Shown here: positions 27,789 to 35,756 of the stretch, one piece after another
How the letters are laid out: each line of letters starts with the position of its first letter
How positions within the stretch are numbered: the stretch's first letter is position 1
NCBI GenBank assembly: GCA_017468925.1
Contig: JAFUHI010000009.1
Location: 201,874 to 265,873 of the forward strand
Reading direction: 5' to 3'
Origin: Bacilli bacterium
GTDB lineage: Bacteria > Bacillota_I > Bacilli_A > RFN20 > CAG-826
Length of the DNA stretch: 64,000 nucleotides
The notes under the pieces: generated by a model
What the model saw: the letters and a program-made list of their open reading frames with translations, nothing else
Database searches by the model: none
Told to the model about the DNA's origin: nothing
Position numbers and translations under genes: made by a program

Positions 27789-28979
27789 ATGAATTACGTT
27801 TTTATTTCCCCAAATTTCCCAAAAATATATTCCCATTTTGTGAAGTCACTAAAAGATAAAGGTGTCAAAGTGTTTGGGATAGGCGATGAGCCATATTCTA
27901 ACCTGAATGATGAATTAAAGGAGAATCTAGAAGAATATTGTTTTGTCTCAGATTTAGGAAATCTTCAATATATGAAGGACACGATGTCTTATCTTCGCAA
28001 CAAATACGGGGAGATTGATTATATTGAATCGAATAACGAATATTGGCTATATTCCGATTCTCTATTAAGGGAATATTGTGGATGCAAAAACGGTTTCCTC
28101 CCTTATGAGATGGATAAGATCAAATACAAATCAAAGATGAAGGAATATTTTTCTAAAGCCGGGGCGAAAGTGGCTAGATATACCCTTTCTTCATCGTTTG
28201 AAAAGGCTAAAGAATTCGCTTCTATTGTCGGATATCCTCTTTTCGCCAAGCCAGATAACGGGGTAGGGGCCTCTTCCACGTACAAAATAGAAAACGAGGC
28301 GGATTTGCGGAGATTCTATAGCGAAAAAGATAACGAAACCTACATCATTGAGGAATATTTGGATGGATATATCATCTCATATGATGGGATATGCGACGAT
28401 GAATCTAACGTAGTCGTTTCTTTTAACGAAGTGTTCCCCAGGCCAATCGCGGATGTGGTTAACGAGAATACGGATATTTATTATTACGTCAAAGCGGATG
28501 TTAGAGAATCTTTAGAGAAACTTGGCAGAAGCGTCGTTAAATCATTTGGCGTTAAGAAGAGATGCTTTCACATCGAATTCTTTGTTCTGAATGAAGACAA
28601 AGCTGGGTTAGGCGAAAAAGGAGACATCGTTGCCCTAGAAGTCAATATGCGTTCCCCTGGAGGAAACACCCCAGATTTGCTTTGTTTGGCGTTAAATGGT
28701 TCGTATTACGACATATACGCAGAAGTAATTGCGAATAATTATTGTGACACTTCAGCTTTCGCCAACAGGAAAGTCGCCATATCAGTCAATAAGAAAAATG
28801 ATTTTATATACGTACATACGCATAAAGAAATAGTGAATAAATATGGATCGAATATAAAAGAGCATGGCTTTTATAACGTAGAGATAAGGGACGCCCTGGG
28901 AGATGAATTCTATTTCGCCCAGTTTGAAAACGAAGAAGAGGCTCTAGCGTTTACGAAATTCGTTCAGGAAAAAAGATAA
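27789..28979 (+). CDS. ATP-grasp domain protein (carboxylate-amine ligase-like)
   Basis: 'MNYVFISPNFP...' start, and an ATP-grasp-like core ('GYPLFAKPDNGVGASSTYKI', 'IIEEYLDG', 'LEVNMRSPGG'). Confidence 0.6.
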   Translation: MNYVFISPNFPKIYSHFVKSLKDKGVKVFGIGDEPYSNLNDELKENLEEYCFVSDLGNLQYMKDTMSYLRNKYGEIDYIESNNEYWLYSDSLLREYCGCKNGFLPYEMDKIKYKSKMKEYFSKAGAKVARYTLSSSFEKAKEFASIVGYPLFAKPDNGVGASSTYKIENEADLRRFYSEKDNETYIIEEYLDGYIISYDGICDDESNVVVSFNEVFPRPIADVVNENTDIYYYVKADVRESLEKLGRSVVKSFGVKKRCFHIEFFVLNEDKAGLGEKGDIVALEVNMRSPGGNTPDLLCLALNGSYYDIYAEVIANNYCDTSAFANRKVAISVNKKNDFIYVHTHKEIVNKYGSNIKEHGFYNVEIRDALGDEFYFAQFENEEEALAFTKFVQEKR

Positions 28980-29134
28980 GAAAGCACTTTCATAAAAAGT
29001 TTTATAAATAATTCTTAACTTTGAAACGAAAATGTCTTATTGTCAGTTAAAAGGCGAAAAGAAAATGAGAATACGAATCATCCCGTTACCAAAAGTTGCG
29101 TTGATGGAGTCAGTGTCCTTATTGTCTAATTATT

Positions 29135-29160
29135 GAGGCTTGATTAAGCCTCTTTTTTTT
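29135..29160 (+). terminator. Intrinsic terminator 17 nt upstream of the permease RBS; a probable attenuator
   Basis: GAGGCTT-GAT-TAAGCCTC followed by T8. There is no room for a promoter between it and the AAGGAGG RBS. Confidence 0.6.
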
Positions 29161-29176
29161 GCCTGAAGGAGGAAAT

Positions 29177-30706
29177 ATGGAAGAAGTCAAACAACCAGAG
29201 AAGAGAATGCTTCTTGACGTCGATGAAACGCCAAAGAAAATCTCTTCGCGCATCATCCTAGCGATTCAGCACATCCTCGCGATGTTCGTCGCTTGCATCA
29301 CGGTTCCTATGATCGTGTTTTCGGGATACGTCACCCCAAACGGCACCTCACTAGCGGGCGTAATGATTGCCCCAACCTTGGTGTCCGCTGGAATCGGAAC
29401 CCTGTTCTATCTCTTTGTCACCAAAAGAAAGAGCCCAATGTTTTTGGCGTCCAGCTTTGCTTATATGGCAGCGATGTCAAGCGCGATTGCTCAAAACGCT
29501 CAGCCAGTCTATGACGAAGCGAACAACGTAATCGGAAGTACCGCCAATGTATGGATGCTTCCAATTGGCATGGCGATGGTTGGCGTCGTTTATTGCGTAG
29601 TCGCCTTGCTCATTAAGAAATTCGGCGTTACATGGCTAAATAAACTCTTGCCTCCAATCGTTATTGGACCAGTCATCATGGTAATCGGTCTTTCTCTTGC
29701 CGGAAGCGCCATAAATAACTTAACCGGGACAGCAGCTGGTAATTACAACCTTGTCAAAATTGTCTGCGGCTTGGTGGCCATGGTCACAACCGCTGTCTGC
29801 GCTCACTTTGGCAAAAAGACAATTTCTCTTATCCCATTCTTGCTCGGTGTTGTCGGAGGTTATATCGCCGCAGCAATCTTTACAGGAATTGGCTATGCCG
29901 CGAATAATGACTACCTAAAAGTCATCGATTTTTCACCGCTAGTAAACAATTTCTCGCCAATCAGATTCACCTCATTCCTTGATTATCCAAAATTCTTATT
30001 CCTCGCCAACGTCGAGAATCCAGGCGTAGGAACATTAACAAATGTCGCCTTAACTGGCGCGGATATCGGCAAAGCAGCCGCCTTATTCATCCCAGTCAGC
30101 TTAGTCACAATCTGTGAGCATATCGGCGATCATAAGAATATGTCAGGCATCCTTGGCCGCGATCTATTAGAAGAGCCAGGATTATCCAGAACCCTTATCG
30201 GTGATGGTGTTGCCACCGCCATCAGTGGTTCTTTATGCGGTGCCGCCAATACCACATATGGTGAAAACGTTGCGGTTGTCGGTGTTACGAAAATCGCTTC
30301 TGTTAAAGTCATGATTCTTGCTTGCTTAATTGCAATCGGATTAGGCTTCTTCTCACCGCTCATGTCGCTAACAATGACAATTCCTGCCTGCGTCACAGGC
30401 GGAATCTCACTCATCCTCTATGGATTCATTGCTTCAAGCGGTGTCAAGATGATCATCGCCGAGAAAGTCGATATGACCAAGACAAGAAACATCTTCGTTG
30501 CCTCAGTCATTCTCATCACCGGTATCGGTGGACTTGTCCTCGCCTTTGGCGCGCCAGGTGAAGCCCCAGTCATACAAATCACTTCAGTTGCTACCAGCAT
30601 GATTCTTGGCATCTTGATGAATCTACTTCTAAAAGAAAAGAAAGAAGATAAAGAAGATGTTAAGGAAGTAGAGCCTGCATCAGTAGAAGAACCAAAAGAA
30701 AACTAA
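29177..30706 (+). CDS. Nucleobase:cation symporter (NCS2; uracil/xanthine permease family)
   Basis: Polytopic membrane protein. The 'AIQHILAMFVACITVPMIV' N-terminus is typical of NCS2. The ATG at 29177 follows an AAGGAGGA RBS. Confidence 0.8.
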   Translation: MEEVKQPEKRMLLDVDETPKKISSRIILAIQHILAMFVACITVPMIVFSGYVTPNGTSLAGVMIAPTLVSAGIGTLFYLFVTKRKSPMFLASSFAYMAAMSSAIAQNAQPVYDEANNVIGSTANVWMLPIGMAMVGVVYCVVALLIKKFGVTWLNKLLPPIVIGPVIMVIGLSLAGSAINNLTGTAAGNYNLVKIVCGLVAMVTTAVCAHFGKKTISLIPFLLGVVGGYIAAAIFTGIGYAANNDYLKVIDFSPLVNNFSPIRFTSFLDYPKFLFLANVENPGVGTLTNVALTGADIGKAAALFIPVSLVTICEHIGDHKNMSGILGRDLLEEPGLSRTLIGDGVATAISGSLCGAANTTYGENVAVVGVTKIASVKVMILACLIAIGLGFFSPLMSLTMTIPACVTGGISLILYGFIASSGVKMIIAEKVDMTKTRNIFVASVILITGIGGLVLAFGAPGEAPVIQITSVATSMILGILMNLLLKEKKEDKEDVKEVEPASVEEPKEN

Positions 30707-30724
30707 AATTACTGAAACAAAAAA

Positions 30725-30756
30725 AGGATAGGCGTTTGATTGCCTATCCTTTTTTA
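30725..30756. terminator. Bidirectional intrinsic terminator
   Basis: A 9-bp stem AGGATAGGC / GCCTATCCT flanked by an A-run and a T-run. Confidence 0.8.
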
Positions 30757-31308
30757 TTTCGCTAATTTTTCGTCCAATCGCTTTATTTCTTCTTCGTCTG
30801 GGATATAGACGTAGGGGACGTTTCTTAATAAGCCGTTATAATCCAGGCCGTAACCCACTAAGAATTTGTTTTCGTCTAATACTTTACCAACATAATCTAT
30901 TTTGACATCGGAGATTCTATTGACCTTTTTGTCGAACAAAGCGCAGACAATGACTCTTTTTGGATTCTTTTGCTTAAGATGCTCAACTAGATATTTCATC
31001 GTGGTTCCTAGATCTATGACATCTTCGACTACCACGACGGTTCTGCCTTCTATATCTTGTTCTATGTCTCTTTTAAGAATTATCTTCCCGGTGGATGAGG
31101 TGCCTTCATATGAGCTTATTTGGATATAATCGCATAGGATGTCAGTTTTGACTTGCTTGATTAGATCCGCCATAAAATTTAAGGCGCCTTTCATAACGCA
31201 TAGGAAAACAGGGAGTTTTTCCTCATTCTTTAATTTACTACCCAGAGCAAAACCCAACCTTTTGCAGGTATCTAGGATTTCCTCCTCATTCATCACGACT
31301 TCTTTCAT
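30754..31308 (-). CDS. hpt: Hypoxanthine-guanine phosphoribosyltransferase
   Basis: PRPP-binding motif 'VVVVEDVIDLGTTM' and 'GYGLDYNGLLRNVPYVYI'. Confidence 0.85.
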   Translation of the reverse strand: MKEVVMNEEEILDTCKRLGFALGSKLKNEEKLPVFLCVMKGALNFMADLIKQVKTDILCDYIQISSYEGTSSTGKIILKRDIEQDIEGRTVVVVEDVIDLGTTMKYLVEHLKQKNPKRVIVCALFDKKVNRISDVKIDYVGKVLDENKFLVGYGLDYNGLLRNVPYVYIPDEEEIKRLDEKLAK

Positions 31309-31382
31309 ATACTTATTTTAAGCAATTAACTCATATTTGATTAATGAAAGCGTTTTACTTAATGTGGGTTATAATCTTATCC

Positions 31383-32585
31383 ATGAAGAAAATATACATT
31401 TACCCCATTAGGTCGATGATGTCTCATGGCGATATGATTTCATCGGATTCAGAGAAGCTTTTATCGTCATTATCATCTTTGCTAGATGACTATGATTTTG
31501 AATTCATAGACAATTTCAAAAAAGCGAATGAAGATGGCATCGTCCTGATACTTGTTCAAAGCGGCGGAAGCGAAGGGATATTCAAAAACGAAGTCTACCC
31601 AAAATTCAAAGGACCTTATTATTTGCTTACATACGGCTCCTCAAATTCTTTGGCGGCTTCTTTGGAAATCCTCACATTTTTGAAGCAAAACAACAAAAAG
31701 GCTGAGGTTTTGCATGGAAATGACGAATATATTGCTAAAAGAATAAAAACAATTGCAGAAAGCGAAAACGTCTATAGCGTCAGTAGACTTGGTATTATAG
31801 GAGAGCCTAGCGATTGGCTTATTTCTTCATATGTAGATAAAAAACAATGCTTAGAAACATTCGGGATTGAATTGGTGGATATACCTCAGGAAGAAGTGAT
31901 TGAGGAAATTAAAGCAGCAAAAGAGGAAAAAGATACAGCATACAACTTTGAATATGATAAAAAGGAATTGTCAAAAGCTTTAAAAATATATGCCGCGCTG
32001 AAGAAAATCGTGGAGAAATATTCTCTTTCAGGGTTCACAATCCGCTGTTTTGACATCATTAAAGAAATAAAATCATCAGCCTGCCTTGCTTTATCATTGT
32101 TTAATAAAGATGATGTGATTGCCTCATGCGAAGGCGATGTTCCAGCGATGATAACGGCCTATTTGGCGTTGAAGAAACTTAAAGTCCATTCTTTCCAATG
32201 CAACCCTCAATGGATCGACCCATCAAAAGATGAGATTTATTTCGCCCACTGCACTTTGCCTCTAGATATGGCAAAATCAATCACATTATCCACTCACTTT
32301 GAGTCTGGAATCGGGATAGGAATCCATGGAGAAATGGAAGAAGGAGATGTCACTATTTTAAAAATCGGCGCAAAACTCGATGAATTTTATTGTGAAGAAG
32401 GGGTTATAGAGAAAAACGAATACAGGAAAGATCGCTGCAGAACCCAAATAAAAATAAAAATGAATTCATCAGTTAGATATTTTCTATCAGCTTCTTTGGG
32501 AAATCACCATCAGGTCATTTACGGCCATCATAGAAAAGAGATATCAGAATATCTATCTTCCTTTGGGCTTAGGCAAGTTATTTGA
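31383..32585 (+). CDS. Putative sugar isomerase (L-fucose/L-arabinose isomerase-like); weak assignment
   Basis: About 400-aa ORF. The family call rests only on general resemblance. The start is taken at 'MKKIYIYP'. Confidence 0.35.
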   Translation: MKKIYIYPIRSMMSHGDMISSDSEKLLSSLSSLLDDYDFEFIDNFKKANEDGIVLILVQSGGSEGIFKNEVYPKFKGPYYLLTYGSSNSLAASLEILTFLKQNNKKAEVLHGNDEYIAKRIKTIAESENVYSVSRLGIIGEPSDWLISSYVDKKQCLETFGIELVDIPQEEVIEEIKAAKEEKDTAYNFEYDKKELSKALKIYAALKKIVEKYSLSGFTIRCFDIIKEIKSSACLALSLFNKDDVIASCEGDVPAMITAYLALKKLKVHSFQCNPQWIDPSKDEIYFAHCTLPLDMAKSITLSTHFESGIGIGIHGEMEEGDVTILKIGAKLDEFYCEEGVIEKNEYRKDRCRTQIKIKMNSSVRYFLSASLGNHHQVIYGHHRKEISEYLSSFGLRQVI

Positions 32586-32877
32586 TTTTCTTCATCGACT
32601 TCTCGATCTCTCTTTTGACGAATTCCGCAAAAGCATCGGGATCGATTTGTCTGAAGGCATTGCTTATCAGTTCGCTTTGGTTCATTGATTTGAAGTCGCG
32701 GCCCACTAGATAATCAATGGTGACGTTAAATAAGTCTGCTAACGCTATAAGATGCTCAATATCCGGCTCATGGATGCCATTCTCCCAATTCAATATAGTT
32801 TGAGGGCTGGTTCCAACCGCCTTGCCGACATCTGTCTGTGTCATCTCATTCATTATTCTCAATTCACGTAGTCTCAT
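32578..32877 (-). CDS. XRE-family HTH regulator
   Basis: 'MTQTDVGKAVGTSPQTILNWENGIHEPDIEHLIALADLF'. It is divergent from the candidate ncRNA promoter. Confidence 0.8.
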   Translation of the reverse strand: MRLRELRIMNEMTQTDVGKAVGTSPQTILNWENGIHEPDIEHLIALADLFNVTIDYLVGRDFKSMNQSELISNAFRQIDPDAFAEFVKREIEKSMKKIK

Positions 32878-33215
32878 ATCTAAAACAATTCAATAAAATT
32901 TGAAAATTAAAAGAAAAACCAAGTTTTCGTATATGTAACTCTAAGAAAATTCAAGTAAACCTGAAATTTAAGCGATTTTACATTGAGGTTCTTGAGCGAA
33001 TTTTTTAATTGATAAATATGAGAAAAGCCATATTACATACATATTTATTTATATATATGTAACACGCGTATACGTGTGTAATATTTGTATGCAAAACATT
33101 TTTATAAAAAAACAAAATATTTTTGTGAAAAATTTTTAAAAAATAGCAAAAAAATATCAATTATCAGTGATTATACCTTAATAAAATAAAAGAATGTAAA
33201 GATTTAAAAAAAGTG

Positions 33216-33243
33216 TTGCATACACTTGTTGTAGGTGTACAAT
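33216..33243 (+). promoter_or_regulatory. Sigma-A-type promoter of the candidate large ncRNA
   Basis: TTGCAT (33216-21), a 16-nt spacer, then TACAAT (33238-43). It is preceded by more than 150 bp of A/T tracts that resemble an UP element. Confidence 0.6.
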
Positions 33244-33249
33244 ATACCA

Positions 33250-34714
33250 ACACCCCAAAAGAGAGGGCCGCAAGGTTCGCTCACAAGGGTGCTAGCAACT
33301 GATTGCAAAATCAGCTCTGCTACGGAGAGATAGATGCCATTGGAATCTAATTCCAAAAAACGTCTTCTCTGGTTAATCGCCAGGATTGGTTCAGATAACT
33401 TGTATGCTGGATCAAAAGGAACCCTTCGCCTCTCGGTAAACCGAAAAATGGAAGAGCCTCCCAAAACTTCAAGCTCGTCTTGAAGGGGAAAGGAACGCAA
33501 AGGACGCTTGAGTTCGTCTTAAGCAAGTCATCGCCAAGACACCCTGACGACTAGTAACCTAGAAAAAAGGGAGATTCGGAAAGGCCTTGAAACAGGACAA
33601 ATCCGAAAAGCAGGAAATAGCTGACTCTACAGCTTAGCCTCAGCGATAAGCCAACAATCGCCTGGTAAACCAGAAAACATGTTGCTGATCCGATAAATTC
33701 ACAAAAGGATCGAAATTCATCTCTCGCAGATGAAACAAGAGGAATTCTCCCTCTTCCGGTAGACCGGAAAAACGAAGAAACGAAGAGGATGACAACAACG
33801 CGTCTGAAACTTCGCAAATTCTTGTAGCAATTCAAGGATGAGGAAAAGCCAATCCTCTGGGTGCACCCAAAAACATCGGAAGCCTTGATTCTCTCCATCT
33901 TGCGAAAGATGGCTGAAATCAAAAGCGACTCCATCAAGTGAAAACTTGACGAAGCAACGAACTCCTAATCGCTGTCTGGTAGAACCAGAAAAACAAAAAG
34001 GGATATATCCGTAAGGATATGATGGGAGAAAAACCCATGGCAACGAAGATGGGCCAACGGTAAACCAAAAATCATCTCTTCTTAGCCTAGAAGCGGTATA
34101 AAGGCCGATTAACTTCGCTAAGATAAGCTTTGCATCCTCTAGATGTGGATCTGTGAAAACCTCATTCACCGGTGAAACCGTCAACAAAGAGGATACGAAT
34201 CTCTCGAATGATTCACTTCATTAGGGAAATCCGAAAACTTCTAGGAATTCATAACTAGAAGGTGCCGACAAAGGCTAGGCGTGCGGTAAACCGCTGGAAA
34301 TGCCTTAACCTCACATCTTCGGATGATGAGTAGTTGATCGAGGACATTCATTGTCTTCGAAGGAAGTCATTCCACCCTACAATTCGTAAAGTTGGAATGT
34401 GACATTAGAAACACGCTGAAGGGAGACGTAAGCGACATCTGATGCCGAGACTTGTCAAGAGTGATCCGAAACAAGCCTAGGAAGATAAGAGTTCTTCTCG
34501 CCAGTAAACTGGAGAAACAAAAACTTGTTCTGAACGACTTCCTCGCAAGGAGAGAAGCCAGTAAGAACTGATCAGAGCAATCTGAGTGGTTAATTGGAAC
34601 TTCCCACACGGTAAACCGTAAATAAAACATTCTCGTCGAATTTGGAGCTCATATAGACGTTAAAACGAAAAGCCGAGCGACACCTCGCAGTAATGCGAGG
34701 CGTTTTCTTTTTTT
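33250..34714 (+). ncRNA. Candidate giant structured non-coding RNA (~1.46 kb), family unknown
   Basis: Bounded by a promoter and a terminator, with no + strand ORF of 60 aa or more. It is GC-enriched relative to its flanks. It contains many 5-7-bp hairpins with GNRA/UUCG loops and ten GGUAAACC-type hairpin repeats. Confidence 0.6.
34683..34714 (+). terminator. Intrinsic terminator ending the candidate ncRNA
   Basis: CCTCGCA-GTAA-TGCGAGG followed by TTTTCTTTTTTT. Confidence 0.85.
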
Positions 34715-34715
34715 G

Positions 34716-34724
34716 TGATATAAT
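34716..34724 (+). promoter_or_regulatory. Extended -10 element (TGaTATAAT) ending 7 nt before the ATG of the next gene
   Basis: TG at 34716-17 and TATAAT at 34719-24. No Shine-Dalgarno sequence precedes the ATG at 34732. Confidence 0.4.
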
Positions 34725-34731
34725 CTTCAAT

Positions 34732-35754
34732 ATGAAACCTAAGCAATTTGATTATGAGCCGGAATATGCGACAATCGCGATGAAACAAGATGGTTTTTAT
34801 GTATGGGATTGCTCAACCATCAAGGTAGGAAATGAATACCATATGTTTTCTTCTCATTGGCCTTTTAAATTGGGCTTTGGATGGAATTGGCTATTCCATA
34901 GTGAAATCTGCCATTTCGTATCTTCATCACCAGAAGGTCCATTTGTGTTTAAGAACGTGGTATTTTCTAGAAGAGATAAGCATTATTTTGATGGAATGAA
35001 CACCCATAATACTTGCATCAAAGAATATAAAGGAAAGTTCTATTTATACTATATGGGCTGCACTTATCCAGGGCCTATTCCTCAGAATTTAAGTGAGATT
35101 GACGAGTATTTTGCAAGGGAAACGTGGAATCGCAAAAGAATTGGTGTCGCTGTTGCGGATGATATAAATGGTGAATTCGTTAGGCTAGATTCGCCTATTT
35201 TGGAACCAAGAGATTGCTCCCATTGGGATTGCACATGCACTACAAATCCTAGCGTTATCATAAAGCCAGATGGTACAACATATATGATTTATAAATCGAG
35301 GACTATGGCGACATCCCAATTGAAGTTAGGAATCGCTATTGCGCCTAGCCCCACTGGACCATTTTCTCGTTTGTGCGAAGGACCAATACTCGATATGGAT
35401 ATGGAAGATCCATTCATTTGGTACGATGAAAAAAGAAATAAATTCTGTTTGATAGCAAAAGACAATGAATTGAATAATAACGGCATTAACAAAGAATATG
35501 GCAGCGCTTTTTACGCCGAAAGCGATGATTGCATCAATTTTGAGGTGGCAGAATTCCCCAAAGTCTATTCAAGGACGATAAGATTTAAAGATGGTGCTAC
35601 TAAAACATTATGCAATCTAGAAAGACCATCAGTGTTGTTTGATGAAAATGGCGAGCCGTCATATATTTATTGCGCATCCGGCGATGGAGAAGGCCCATAC
35701 TGTTTTGTTGGGCCTACATATATTGTCGGAATAAAGCTGAAAAGGAGAAAATAG
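34732..35754 (+). CDS. Predicted glycoside hydrolase, beta-propeller type (GH43-like); family not verified
   Basis: About 340 aa. The blocks 'VWDCSTIKVGNEYHMFSS' and 'MEDPFIWYDEKRNKFCLIAKD' resemble GH43/32-clan blades. Confidence 0.5.
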   Translation: MKPKQFDYEPEYATIAMKQDGFYVWDCSTIKVGNEYHMFSSHWPFKLGFGWNWLFHSEICHFVSSSPEGPFVFKNVVFSRRDKHYFDGMNTHNTCIKEYKGKFYLYYMGCTYPGPIPQNLSEIDEYFARETWNRKRIGVAVADDINGEFVRLDSPILEPRDCSHWDCTCTTNPSVIIKPDGTTYMIYKSRTMATSQLKLGIAIAPSPTGPFSRLCEGPILDMDMEDPFIWYDEKRNKFCLIAKDNELNNNGINKEYGSAFYAESDDCINFEVAEFPKVYSRTIRFKDGATKTLCNLERPSVLFDENGEPSYIYCASGDGEGPYCFVGPTYIVGIKLKRRK

Positions 35755-35756
35755 TC

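Noticed and set aside
29000-29134. Purine riboswitch or PyrR-binding attenuator upstream of the NCS2 permease
   Set aside because: I could not find the conserved purine-riboswitch junction sequences or the PyrR 'UCCAGAGAGG' loop. The leader is reported only as an unassigned attenuator.
33204-34630. Four minus-strand ORFs (33204-33500, 33551-33937, 33717-34187, 34367-34630) covering the candidate RNA region
   Set aside because: They overlap one another. No RBS or promoter context is visible. Their translations are Phe/Arg/Cys/Trp/Pro-rich, unlike every credible protein in the window. They are best explained as chance open frames on the complement of a purine-rich, stop-rich RNA gene.
33250-34714. 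Possibility that the large non-coding unit is a group II intron, RNase P RNA, rRNA fragment or T-box array
   Set aside because: There is no GUGYG 5' end and no domain-V-like AGC hairpin. The RNase P 'GAGGAAAGUCC' block is absent, as are T-box specifier/'AGGGUGGNACCGCG' elements and any rRNA-like blocks I could recognise. There is also no RT or maturase ORF.
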